Assembly (NCBI GenBank): GCA_950097015.1
Contig: CATNEN010000038.1
Location: 30,876,001 to 30,940,000, forward strand
Length of the DNA: 64,000 bases
Direction: 5' to 3'
Source of the DNA: Macrostomum hystrix
Taxonomy: Eukaryota; Animalia; Platyhelminthes
The translations under genes were made by a program, and so were the position numbers. Below are positions 1-11,700 of this stretch, piece by piece (the first letter of the stretch is position 1; each line of letters begins with the position of its first letter). The notes below the pieces were generated by a model. That model was not told the DNA's origin and ran no database searches. It saw nothing but the letters and a program-made list of their open reading frames with translations.

Positions 1-27
1 TAAATTTGTTTTACTATTGCTTTTTAG

Positions 28-3000
28 GGAATGTTTACTAGAATAATTCCGGAAATATCTGAGATTCTTACCGAGAGCAAAAAATATAAACGAAATCGAG
101 TTCACCTAAAGCACGGAAAGTCGTAAGTTTCGTTTTAATTTTAGTTTTTTTTTGCGAGTCAATTGTGAGATATCTTATCGTATCCTATCTTGTTATCAAT
201 CTAATCTACTTTGTCTATTCGCAGGCATGTCGTTGTGATTGGAAACTTCACTGTGTCCATGTTGAACACGTTTTTCAACGACTTCTATCACGAGGAAAGG
301 TCGGCAAGGAATCGAGAATTTGTCGCTCTTCTAGGAGAGTGAGTGGCGAAAAATATTTTTGTCTTATTTTTATTGCTGTCATGAAATCCGAATTTAACTT
401 TCTTAAACATTTGCAGGTGTCCTAGCTGTTATATACGTACACCAGTTAGATTTTACCGATTTTAATATTATGTGCTCTTAAAGGTAGAACGACCAAGCAT
501 TTTCTTCTCCTAGAAAAAGACAAGAGGGATATTTTCAAATACCCACTGCCTACTTCCTAATAGACGAAAATCTTTGAAAATTTCGATGATGCCGATGTTC
601 TGTCATTCTGGAAGAACTGTTCTGGATTTCTATAGCGATAGGTTGAATATTTTGAGAGACGCAGAAAAATTAGAAAACTTTTGATATTTGAAATGCCTCC
701 CGTAGTCAACTGTTAACGGTTGCAGCCCTAGAGGCTAGAGCGTAGGACTCACGACTTAAAGGTCGGAAGTTCGATTCCCGAATCACACCGGAACATGTTG
801 TGTCATTTAGTAATTGCGACACTTAACTCTACATTGCTTAATTTCACCCAGCTGTTAAATGGGTACCAGCATCAGCTGGGGTAATTGAGGGTGGGTGTGG
901 CGTCCCCCCAGTCCATGGACTGAACAGCTGTTCGCAGTCTTCAGATGCGCCGCGCAATAGCTGTCAGCCGTACATCTGACCACAATGAAATTGCATCAAT
1001 TTTTAATTCTGCGTGCTTATGGGTTCATGTCCTTGTTCCACCTGAGAAAACCTGTGTAGAAATTTAACCAGAAACCAGTTCATAATTAGCTGCTAAACCA
1101 ACAATTGATTATCAAACAGAGACGAACCAAATCTGGAGTTGAAAGCGGTGATGAAAACTCGAGAACTGTACGTCACCTATCTCCAAGGCAATGTGATGTC
1201 GGTGAAGGATTTGCACAGAGCCGAAGTGAAGTACGCATCAGCTGTCATTATCATGTCTGACCTATTGGCGAAAGACCAAGTAAGCGCATGATATTGTATG
1301 ATTACTATGTATTATTGGCAGGTGGGCTGTGGCCACAGTAGCATCATTTTTGAGACGCAGTTTAAACCCCTCGACGACCACTAAGAGCTGAGAAACAGTT
1401 CTTAGAAATGTTTAGGAGATGTTGTAGCCTTGTGGTTAGAGTGTCGGACTCACGACTTGAAGGTCGGGGGTTCGATTACTGACTCCACATGAACAATTTG
1501 TGTCCTTTAGCAAGACACTTAACGATCTGCATTGCTTCAGTTCACCCAGCTGTTAAATGGGTACCAGCATTAGCTGGGATAATTGAAGGTGGGTGTGGCG
1601 TCTCCCCAGTCCATGGACTGAACAGCCGTACGCAGCCTTCAGATGCGCCGCGCATTAGCTGCGGCTGCGCTCTCGGCTGCACATCTGGCCCAATCGGACA
1701 GGTGTAATCAATTATTAATTATTATCATTATATAATTATTAGGAGGAAAAATGCACAATGAAAATAGAAAAACTTCAAATCTTTGCACATTTCAAAACTT
1801 CAGAATATTGATAGTTTTTTAATTTAACATAATGCGAGAGTCTACAGAGTAGGTTAAGAATAGAAAAATGGTAGTTTTCGTTGTCACCAGGGTTTTCGAC
1901 AAGAATCTTCGGCTGAATATCTCGACGATGCTGACGTCGGACGGCCTTGAAAGTTAGTTCATCGAAAGGCGAAAAAATTCGATTGAGATGGAGGACTTTC
2001 ACGAAGGTGTATTTCCGTAGTGTTTTTTCGGCCTCAAATCAACCGACCTGGCACGATTTTTCAGGAGGACGAGGACATGAAAAACATCATGCGAGTAATC
2101 GCCATCAAGGACTATTGTCCGCAGGTGAAGATTCTAGTGCAACTGCAGCTGTACCGCAGCAAGACTTACCTGAGAAATGTACCTGACTGGGGCCAGCAGT
2201 ATGGAGACCAATCAGTGTGCATCAACGAAATTAAATACGGAATTCTGGCTCAAAGCTGCATGGTTCCAGGCATCTCAACTCTGTTGTGTAATCTGCTCAT
2301 GCTCAGGTCATGCAGCTCTATAGTGGTGCCACAAAATTCTTGGTCTAGCACCTACTTGCAAGGCGTCGAGTTTGAGTTTTACAAGGTATGAAAATGCCAG
2401 AAAATATGCATAATAGCTATGCAATCATATTAACAAAATATATATGACCCCGCAGGTTCCATTTGCGCCAGACTTTGCCGGCCTGAACTTTTTGGAGGCC
2501 TGTCGCATCTGTTACCAGCAGCTGGGCATTGTCATGTTGGCGGTGGAAGAAGCTCCACTGGCGGCGAACGACACGGATGGCAGCGTCGACTCCGAGGTGA
2601 CATCGTCGAGGAGGACAATAATCAATCCAGGTGCCTCGCTGATTGTCAATCCGGCATCGATGGAGGCGTTTGTGATCGCAAAGGATCTTTTCGACGCAAA
2701 AAGGTTTGTCATTTGATTGCTAATTTCTTAAACAATACAATTATCAACTATACTATTAATAAATAATGTAGTTTCTAGGCATAATGCTAATCGTTAGTAT
2801 AAATCCGTAAAAATACAATTTAAACAAAATTGAGATATAACTTAAGCTTTGAAATTGTAACTGTCATTGGCCAAGATCAATAAAATTACATCCCATATTT
2901 TACAAACTTTGAACTATGCGGTTGCTTGACGTTAAGCTTTAACTTTTGTAACCTCGTTACGGAAAACCCGGAAAATGGGAACCGTAAAAGTTAAATTACG

Positions 3001-6000
3001 AGCGCATATGAGTATACGTATTCCGTTAGAAAAGTGCAACATCGTCACAAGAAACTTGTAAAAGTAAAGACAGTAAAAACAATTAGTTATTTATAACTTT
3101 GCTCAAACCACTGGCATGAGAAGTAACTATAACAAAAAACATTTCTTGCAGAATAACAAAGCTGCAGCTGACCGACGAGATGCGGCGGTCCCACTATGTG
3201 AACGAGGAGGATCAGGTGACCTACTTCGGAAACAACCACTCCGACGGACTGGCAGCGGCTTCAACCCAGTCGATTCAGCTGCAGAATGTGGGCGGCTCCA
3301 GTGGAAACCACCTGGGCAAAGTTGCTCCAGCCGCAGCCGTCGCTCCTGCGGGCTCTTCAAAGACGATGAAAGTCGGTCAGGCTGGCAGTAAGTTCCGTTT
3401 TCAGTTGTTACCTAGATTGCGCACCAAATATCATACTACCTGTCGGCGAGAAACAATCGAGAACAAAACAAATATACTCATATTTTTCTTCAGATCAGAA
3501 AAGTTCGAATAGCTTGCAAATGCAATCGGACACTGACGGCAGGGAAAGAAGCGATTCGTGAGTTTGCAATTTTAGGAGTAAGGAGTCAGGAGTAAGAGAA
3601 GCGTGACTTCAAGGAAAGGGAATTAAGAGAAAAATTATGTCAAGAAAAACATTCCAGGAAATTCGATTCCTGGGTAATGGAATTCGGAGAAATGGGATTC
3701 GTAGAAAATTGAAGTGAAAGAAATAAGATTCTTAGAAAAAGAATTCAGAGAATTAGGATTAACTTAAAATAGGAATTCCAAGAAATCAGATTTCTTGAAT
3801 ATTGCTAGAAGTCTAGAGTAACGGGATTCCAGCAAACTGGTATTAAAATTGACATTTCGGAAAGCTTTCTCACGCATTGAGCCGCACGCAATAACAGTTC
3901 GCTGTTTCACGAGAGCTTCAAGAAGACTCAGCCGCAGGTGATGAAGCTGGACTCGAGCGGCTATTTTCATTGGGTACCGAATCGAACTGCCAACACCATC
4001 CTGCTGTCTAGCATGCAGCGTTATCACTTCCGCAATCACGTGATCGTCTGCGTACTGGAGAAGAACCCGGATGTCCTGCTGAACATCACATCGTTCATCA
4101 TGCCGCTTAGAGCTAGTTCGATTCCCCGAAGTCAGTTGAAGGACATCATCTTTGTCGGGAGCGAGACTTTGATTTTTAACGAGTGGAGCATTATTCAGAA
4201 TTTTCCCAACATCTTCGTGTTGAATGTGAGTGCGTCCTGTGATTCCATTCCAAAATCTATTCGAGAATCTATCCGAGAATCTTAGGTTAGGTGTACATAG
4301 CTTCAAAAGGCTGTGTTCACTGTACAGTCCATGGACTGGTTGCCCAACGCACAACCACAATTTCTACCTCAGCTGATCGTTGTACTCATTCTACAGCTTT
4401 TCCACTCATCCACTGTTAATTGCAGGGCTCGCCTCTAAACAGAGCCAATCTCAAGGCTGTCAACATCGAGTATGTCGACAGTTGTGTCATTCTATCACCG
4501 AAGGCAAACGCCATGCAGCTGGACGCGCAGGTGGATCGCGAGACTGTACTGTGCACTCTCAACATCAAGACTATGCGGCATCCGGAAACTGGACAACGCC
4601 TCGGTGACGTCATTCACATCATCACCGAGCTGAACACGGAGGACTCAATCGCCTACCTGGACCAGGACGATGAGGACGATGTGGAAGAGCCCTACTTGAC
4701 ACAGGCCTTTGCCACTGGGCGCACCTTTTTTCATAGTCTACTAGGCTCCATTGTGACTACGGTGAGGGACAATGCACATAACACATTGTGTTTATTGATG
4801 CTGATTGTTATTAGAGGTTACCTGAGGTTCTTAGATGACCGTGAAAGCGACTGTACCTTACCTGGATTGTTAAGATGCTACCTGGGGTAGTTAGAACCTG
4901 GGGGGATTGAACGTTACCTGAGGTGATTGAACGTTACCTGAGGTGACTGAACGTTACCTGAGGTGATTGAACGTTACCTGAGGTGATTGAACTTCACCTG
5001 AGGTGATTGAACGTTACCTGAGGTGATTGAATGTTACCTGAGGTGATTGAACGTTACCTGAGGTGATTGAATGTTACCTGAGGTGATTGAACGTAACCTG
5101 AGGTGATTGAATGTTACCTGAGGTGATTGAACGTAACCTGAGGTGATTGAACGTTACCTGAGGTGATTGAACGTTACCTGAGGTGATTGAACGTTACCTG
5201 AGTTGATTGGACGAACCTGGTTTGATTGGAACTTTCCTGCGAACTCTTACATGTACATCAAAGACGCAGTTCAGTAAATTTCGAACTCATGAATCTTGTT
5301 TTCTTGCAATTGACTATAGATATAATTTAAATAAAGGCTGCTTATTATAATTCCTAATAAAAGTACAAAATACTTCAAACAACCCGCTCAGATCTACTTC
5401 AACGGAGCTGCCTTGAATTTTCTGCGCACAGTGGTGACCACAGTTGACTCAGACAACCTGGAGGTGAACCTGAACGAGCAGGGCTTCCATTTCATGTCCC
5501 CGGACAGCCAGGAGCAGCTGAGGCAGGAACAGCAGCAGCAGCAGCTTGTCCAGGGGGGTAGCAGCTACAAGATTCGCAGCCAGATTCAGCTGCTAGAAAT
5601 TGGCAAGCAGCCGTTGATTGACATCTTCAAAGAGCAGGTACGCTTTGTTTTAATGAACAGACCAACATGTAGACGGGGGGTCGGTGGCAGAGCGGTTAAC
5701 GCGTTTGTCTCTCGCACCAAGGTCCCTGAGTTCGATTCCACGGCGAGGCCACATTTATTTGGGGCACAGCCGCAGAGAGAAGGCTTTGAGGCTTGTCGTG
5801 CAATTTACGCCCTTGAGGGCCAACCTCCAAGGCACAGTGAACTGCCTGACGATGAGAAAGTCAGGGCAGATGTACACACCAGTGTGAGCGTATGCCTGCG
5901 TACAGTATCTGTGTGCGTGTGTGCTCAGGAGTCAGCGAAATGGGCAGAATTGCCTCGCTGGCTGCGGGTCTAGTGTCACCAAATGATGTGCCATTGCCCG

Positions 6001-7726
6001 CAGCCCTCCTGCAATTATTATTCTTATTACATGTAGACGTGAGTGGCCCCAAATTTTATGTGGTCTCTCAACTTTTATTCAGAAGTTGCCAAATTTCAAC
6101 ATTTTTCTGCCATTTCAGGTTAAATGCAAATGGCCATATTTGTTTATGCGAGCTCTGCAACAGCACGAGATAGTCTGCATAGGCATCTTCCGACTGCAAG
6201 TTGAGGATCAGGGGAAGAAGAACCACAGATTTGTGGTTACTCTACCCGAAGACTCTCTGGAGTTGAAGGAAACTGATAAGGTTTGTTTGCCTTGTTAAGT
6301 TGCTATGGGCTGAAGCTTCTACATGTTTCACCTCACGAAGCACCTTAATGTTGCGTATATTTTGGTCTTTTCCCCAATTGGTCGACGAAGTGGCGCCCAC
6401 CTGGTAGTGCCCCCGTGGTAGATTCTGTAGTCTGTCTCTAAGCCTTGAATAATGATCGCTGGCCACTCGTGGCGGGTGTATCCTCTGTAGTATTGGTGAG
6501 ATCCAATACTACAGACGCGTATTATTCTATGGCCTAAACGAGACCCAAATCACACCTCTTTTATGGAAACTTCGTCTATGGCCCATCTTTGAAGATAACG
6601 ATGAGCGTTACGCCATAATCGTGACGCAATGACTATGCCATGAAATAATTAACAGTAGAACTACCATGGGGGCGGAATTTGAACCCCCAGACAATTTTTA
6701 GTGCTGCACCCGAACGGAACAACGCAAGCACACGAAACTCAAGAACACGGGCCAACTTTTTGTTGTACATCTTCTGAAACAATAATCAAGCCGCCAGCTC
6801 TTCAGACCGTCGAGACATTAAATTTTTCTGACCGAAGGTCAGATTTTTCTCATAAGCGCTAGTGTATTTCATACACCCCGATACATACACAAATTAGCAC
6901 AGCGCCTCAGTGCGGCCTTGCCAGACCTTCGAAATTGATCAGCATGTCACCCGAATGTGCCTGCATCATCTCCGTCTTCGGTGGTCACCTACCTTTATCT
7001 AGAAGGACTTGCTGGGCCTTCAAGGGCTAGAACAGTTGGAACTAGGCCACTAGATATGGACACCCTGACGCGAATTTCTCCAAGTTCACTGATCAAGCCA
7101 AAATATTAGGCGCAGCTCAACCACAGGACACCCTAGCCTAGTCTGTCAACCAATCAGTCACCACCCAACGCTGTTAGCTTTCAGGTGCTGCCAAAAATTT
7201 TCTGTGGGGACCCTTGGGATATATTTCTTGGTAGTCCTACTGTTAATAAAGATTTGAGCTCTTTGGGTCCGCATAGAGTGTTTTCAAGAGGTTAAATTTT
7301 ACTATACACGCAGAATTTGCAAAAGTCCTCGACCTCGGACTTTCCATCCCATAGAACTGTATTTCGGCGGGCTTTTAATACACTTGTACATCAGTATTGG
7401 AGTGTTAAAGGTCAATTTAAAGTAATAAAAACCGCGTTGACAACGGATTAGAAAAAAAAAGCGTGGAAATTCCGCGGAAAATCCGCTAGCTTTTGAGCAC
7501 ACATCAAGTACACACCCCTAATAGGAGTGTACACTAGCCCTGACTTTCTAATCGTCAGGCAGTGTACAGGCTCACTGAGCTTTGGATTTTGTACCAAGTG
7601 AATGTGGCCTCGCCGCGGAATCGAGCTCAGAGGTGTTATAGGCAAAGACACTGACATTCAACCCCCCTTTTTGCCGCAATTCTTCAGGTCTACTGCTTGA
7701 CACCACCAAGGGCTCATAAAGATTAA
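28..7726 (+). CDS. slo: Slo1/BK-family calcium-activated potassium channel alpha subunit, 3' part (end of S6, RCK1, RCK2); 5' part lies upstream of the window
   Basis: Phase-consistent GT-AG exons: 28-122, 225-338, 1120-1279, 2065-2385, 2456-2703, 3152-3387, 3494-3557, 3898-4225, 4426-4761, 5392-5637, 6119-6280, 7688-7726 (TAA). Slo-type motifs: GMFTRIIPEI, HVVVIGNFT, NIMRVIAIKDY, LAQSCMVPGISTLLCNL, KLDSSGYFHW, GSPLNRANLKAVNI, calcium bowl YLDQDDEDDVEEPYLTQAFATG, RFVVTLP..TDK|VYCL. Linker exons 3152-3387 and 3494-3557 rest on splice phase only. Confidence 0.92.
719..985 (+). mobile_element. tRNA-derived CORE-type SINE, copy 1 (Slo intron)
   Basis: tRNA-like head with B-box GTTCGATTCC, then TTGTGTCATTTAGTAATTGCGACACTTAAC...CACCCAGCTGTTAAATGGGTACC resembling the CORE domain; closely similar to 1415-1710. 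Confidence 0.75.
1415..1740 (+). mobile_element. tRNA-derived CORE-type SINE, copy 2, with AT-rich tail
   Basis: A-box-like TGGTTAGAGTG, B-box GGTTCGATT, CORE-like TGTGTCCTTTAGCAAGACACTTAAC...CAGTTCACCCAGCTGTTAAATGGG, (ATT)-rich tail; paralogous to 719-985. Confidence 0.8.
4895..5215. repeat. 20-bp minisatellite ACGTTACCTGAGGTGATTGA, ~15 copies, Slo intron
   Basis: Direct tandem periodicity. Confidence 0.95.
5675..6030 (+). mobile_element. tRNA-derived SINE, second family
   Basis: A-box TGGCAGAGCGG, B-box GTTCGATTCC; body TGCCTGACGATGAGAAAGTCAGGGC shared with 7500-7660 (inverted); head shared with 24567-24631; 3' boundary approximate (ATT-rich tail). Confidence 0.7.
6653..7242. mobile_element. 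Non-autonomous TIR DNA transposon flanked by TTAA (piggyBac-like), full copy
   Basis: TTAA|CAGTAGAACTACCA ... TGGTAGTCCTACTG|TTAA, plus imperfect subterminal inverted similarity; interior repeated at 18704-19271 and 24649-25019; no transposase ORF. Confidence 0.8.
7500..7660 (-). mobile_element. Partial copy of second SINE family, inverted
   Basis: Reverse complement contains GAGCTCGATTCCGCGGCGAGGCCACATT and TGCCTGACGATTAGAAAGTCAGGGC, matching 5727-5870. Confidence 0.65.
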
Positions 7727-8742
7727 AAGACGGAGCAAAAACTCGAGCTAAAATTGCAGCACAGCTCATTAATTACACAAATAAATCATGGAAAATATTT
7801 TGCCAGGATCTTGCTCAGAAAAAACTTTTTTTTCCAACTTAACTCCGCTACGATGTTTGCTGTACGTGTCAAGTACCTTTTTGCTTTTCTGTGGACACTT
7901 GGATCCTATTTCTCAGGTGAAGCAAGTGTTAATAATTTATTGAAAGAGATAAAAATTAAACTATTGATTAGGGATTGATCGTTGATATTTATACGGATTA
8001 TCGTTCAGATCAATAGGGATAATTGCCAATTGTCGGTAGGATATATCTTGTCTGAACGGTAGCGTCATCTCCTATATCCATATAGTCAGCCTTCTGGAAG
8101 CTTCTGACACAAATGGACCTTTGTAGTTTGAACTGTAAATAATCAAATAACAGCTAACAGTTATTTTTTTGTTTTTCTGTGTTTCTAACAGAAATTTTTG
8201 AAATTTTATTAACCGAAGCTCAAAAAATACTTGTAATTGATATGCTTAATAGAATTGTTTTAAAAAAACACAATAACAAATTCTTTTTGTCAAACTGCTC
8301 AAAATATTTTCCTACTATTTTCCTAGATTTATATTTTACCGTTTACAATACTCTACCAAATCGCCTTGATTTTCGACCTATAGTTTTTTAATCGCCATTT
8401 TAAATAGAAAATAAACAGTTACCATATAGAATAATTATTTTACAATTTCATCTTAAATTGTTATTTATTTTTACTTTTAAGAGTTGAAAGCGAAATGAGA
8501 TAAAAATATTAAATTTATCCATATATATAAAAAATGTTAGCAACTGTATAATAAAGTGCTATAATCTTATAAATTTGATAATGTGATTAATTTGTTAATT
8601 TTAACTGAAAAGTCTAAATACGCAAGTAATAAATTACTTGTAAGAACTTCTCCATTGTCATTTTGCCGAATAAAAATCAACACTTCATTGTTAACCGAAA
8701 CTGGAACTCCATCTAATGGAACAATAGAACAATTGGTCAGTA

Positions 8743-11700
8743 CTATCTAGCTCCAGGTGGTAAAAGTGTGCCACCTTTTCGCAATGCGCTATTAGCCATA
8801 TTGTAGTAGGCTCCACCCAGCCTCATCAGTTCCGCATGGGTGCCAGTCTCCACAACGCGACCGCCCTCCATCACCACAATGAGATCGGCGCTTTGCACTG
8901 TGGACAGTCGGTGCGCCACCAGTACGCAGGTTCTACCGCGCCTGGCCTCGTCTAGTGCGGCTTGAACAAGAGCCTCCGATTCGCTGTCCAGAGCTGATGT
9001 GGCCTCGTCTAGTAGAAGGATTTTTGGCCTGGTTACAAGGGCTCGAGCCAGGGCCACTCGCTGCTTCTGGCCGCCGCTTAGCTGAGCTCCCTTCTCTCCA
9101 ACCTGGAGAATGGGAATCAGAAATTCAGGGAAGATGGGAAGATGAGGGGTGGGAAGATGGGAAGATGAGTGATGGAAATGAGGATGGGAAGATGAGGGGT
9201 GGAAATGAGGATGGGAAGATGAGGGATGGGAAGATGAGGGATGGGAAGATGAGGGATGGGAAGATGAGGGATGGGAAGATAAGGGGTGAGAAGATGTGGG
9301 ATGGGAAGATGAGGGATAGGAAGATGAGGGATGGGAAGATGAGGGATGGGAGATGAGGGATGGGAAGATGAGGGATGGGAAGATGAGGGATGGGAAGATG
9401 AAGGGTGAGAAGATGAGGAGTGGGAAGATGAGGGATGGGAAGATGAGGGATGGGAAGATGAGGGATGAGAAGATGAGGGATGGGAAGATGAGGGATGGGA
9501 AGATGAGGGATGGGAAGATAAGGGGTGGGAAGATGTGGGATGTCAAGATGGAAGAAGCCGGTTCTCACCTGAGTGTCCATGCCAGCGGGCAAGTGTTTGA
9601 CGAAGTCGCTGATGTTGCTGAGCCGCACAGCTTCGTCCAGATATTCCTGTTGAGGCTGGGACTCCAGGCCATAGTTGATGTTGTCCGTTATACTGCGGGC
9701 AAACAGCACTGGCTCCTGCGAGACCACTCGAACGCTGCGCCTCAGCCAGGCTACGTTCAGCTGGCGAAGGTCCCGACCGTCGAGTTCAACGCGACCGCCG
9801 CGGAGGAGTGGAGCTGCGTCAGTTGCGGAGTCCTGAGGGTTAAAATACCAAAGCTCCTATAAGCATCTTACCGAATTCTCAATAAGTATCTTACCGAATT
9901 CTCAATAAGCATCTTACCGAATTCTCAATAAGCATCTTACCGAATTCTCAATAAGTATCTTACCGAATTCTCAATAAGCATCTTACCGAATTCTCTATAA
10001 GCATCTTACCGAATTCTCAATAAGTATCTTACCGAATTCTCAATAAGTATCTTACCGAATTCTCAATAAGCATCTTACCGAATTCTCTATAAGCATCTTA
10101 CCGAATTCTCAATAAGTATCTTACCGAATTCTCAATAAGCATCTTACCGAATTCTCTATAAGCATCTTACCGAATTCTCAATAAGTATCTTACCGAATTC
10201 TCAATAAGCATCTTACCGAATTCTCTATAAGCATATTACCGAATTCTCAATAAGTATCTTACCGAATTCTCAATAAGCATCTTACCGAATTCTCTATAAG
10301 CATCTTACCGAATTCTCAATAAGTATCTTACCGAATTCTCAATAAGTATCTTACCGAATTCTCTATAAGCATCTTACCGAATTCTCTATAAGCATCTTAC
10401 CGAAGTCGCTATAAGCATCTTACCGAATTCTCAATAAGTATCTTACCGAATTCTCAATAAGTATCTTACCGAATTCTCAATAAGCATCTTACCGAATTCT
10501 CTATAAGCATCTTACCGAATTCTCAATAAGCATCTTACCGAATTCTCTATAAGCATCTTACCGAATTCTCTATAAGCATCTTACCGAATTCTCAATAAGT
10601 ATCTTACCGAATTCTCAATAAGTATCTTACCGAATTCTCAATGAGCATCTTACCGAATTCTCTATAAGCATCTTACCGAATTCTCAATAAGTATCTTACC
10701 GAATTCTCAATAAGCATCTTACCGAATTCTCAATAAGCATATTACCGAATTCTCAATAAGTATCTTACCGAATTCTCAATAAGTATCTTACCGAATTCTC
10801 TATAAGCATCTTACCGAATTCTCAATAAGTATCTTACCGAATTCTCAATAAGCATCTTACCGAATTCTCTATAAGCATCTTACCGAATTCTCAATAAGTA
10901 TCTTACCGAATTCTCAATAAGTATCTTACTGAATTCTCAATAAGCATCTTACCGAATTCTCTATAAGCATCTTACCGAAGTCGCTATCTTACTGAAGTAT
11001 TTCCGAAGTCCTTATCTTACAGAACCTTTTATCCTATCCCTATCCCACATCAGGCATTCCCAGAACAGTGTACATGTTAAAAGCACACCTCAATGGGATC
11101 ATAGAAGCGTTGAATAAGTGACACGACTGTTGACTTTCCGCACCCAGACGGTCCTACTAAAGCCACCGTGCGACCAGCCGGTATAGTGAGATTGAGTCGA
11201 CGCAGGACTCGAGTTCCCGACCTCTGCGGATACTCGAAATCCACGTCGACTAATTTGATTTCGCCGATTAGTTCGGCTGGTCGCTCGCCAAATTCTGATC
11301 GATTATCGATGAGCGGTTCGCGGCTCAACAAAGTCAGGATGTACCCGGCAGCGATGCGCGCTTTGGCATAGTCGGGAATGAGCGAGAACGTCTGGCCAAC
11401 CATTAGGCCGGCGAAGGTTATCGAGAAGAACACCTTAAAGACATTGTTCACCTCCATCTGGTCGATGCTGACTAGATAGGCGCCGAAGCGAAATGAGGCA
11501 GCGTAGACAAAGAATACAATGCTCTGCAAATGAAAAATTTTCTACTGGTTTACAATTAACCAATAAAAACAGGTAACTCTTTATCTAAGAGGCAGCATTC
11601 AATTTAACAGGTTGCATTCTATCTAACAGGTAACACTCTGTCCAACAGGTAACACCTTTGTCTAACAGGCAACACTCTGTCTAACAGGTAACACTCTGTC

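Noticed and set aside
1415-1490. Possible tRNA genes (also 719-790, 5675-5745, 24567-24631)
   Set aside because: No convincing acceptor stem; the heads continue into shared SINE bodies or match SINE heads.
9857-10990. CRISPR-like appearance of regular arrays here and elsewhere
   Set aside because: Units are head-to-tail without unique spacers, there are no cas genes, and the context is eukaryotic introns.
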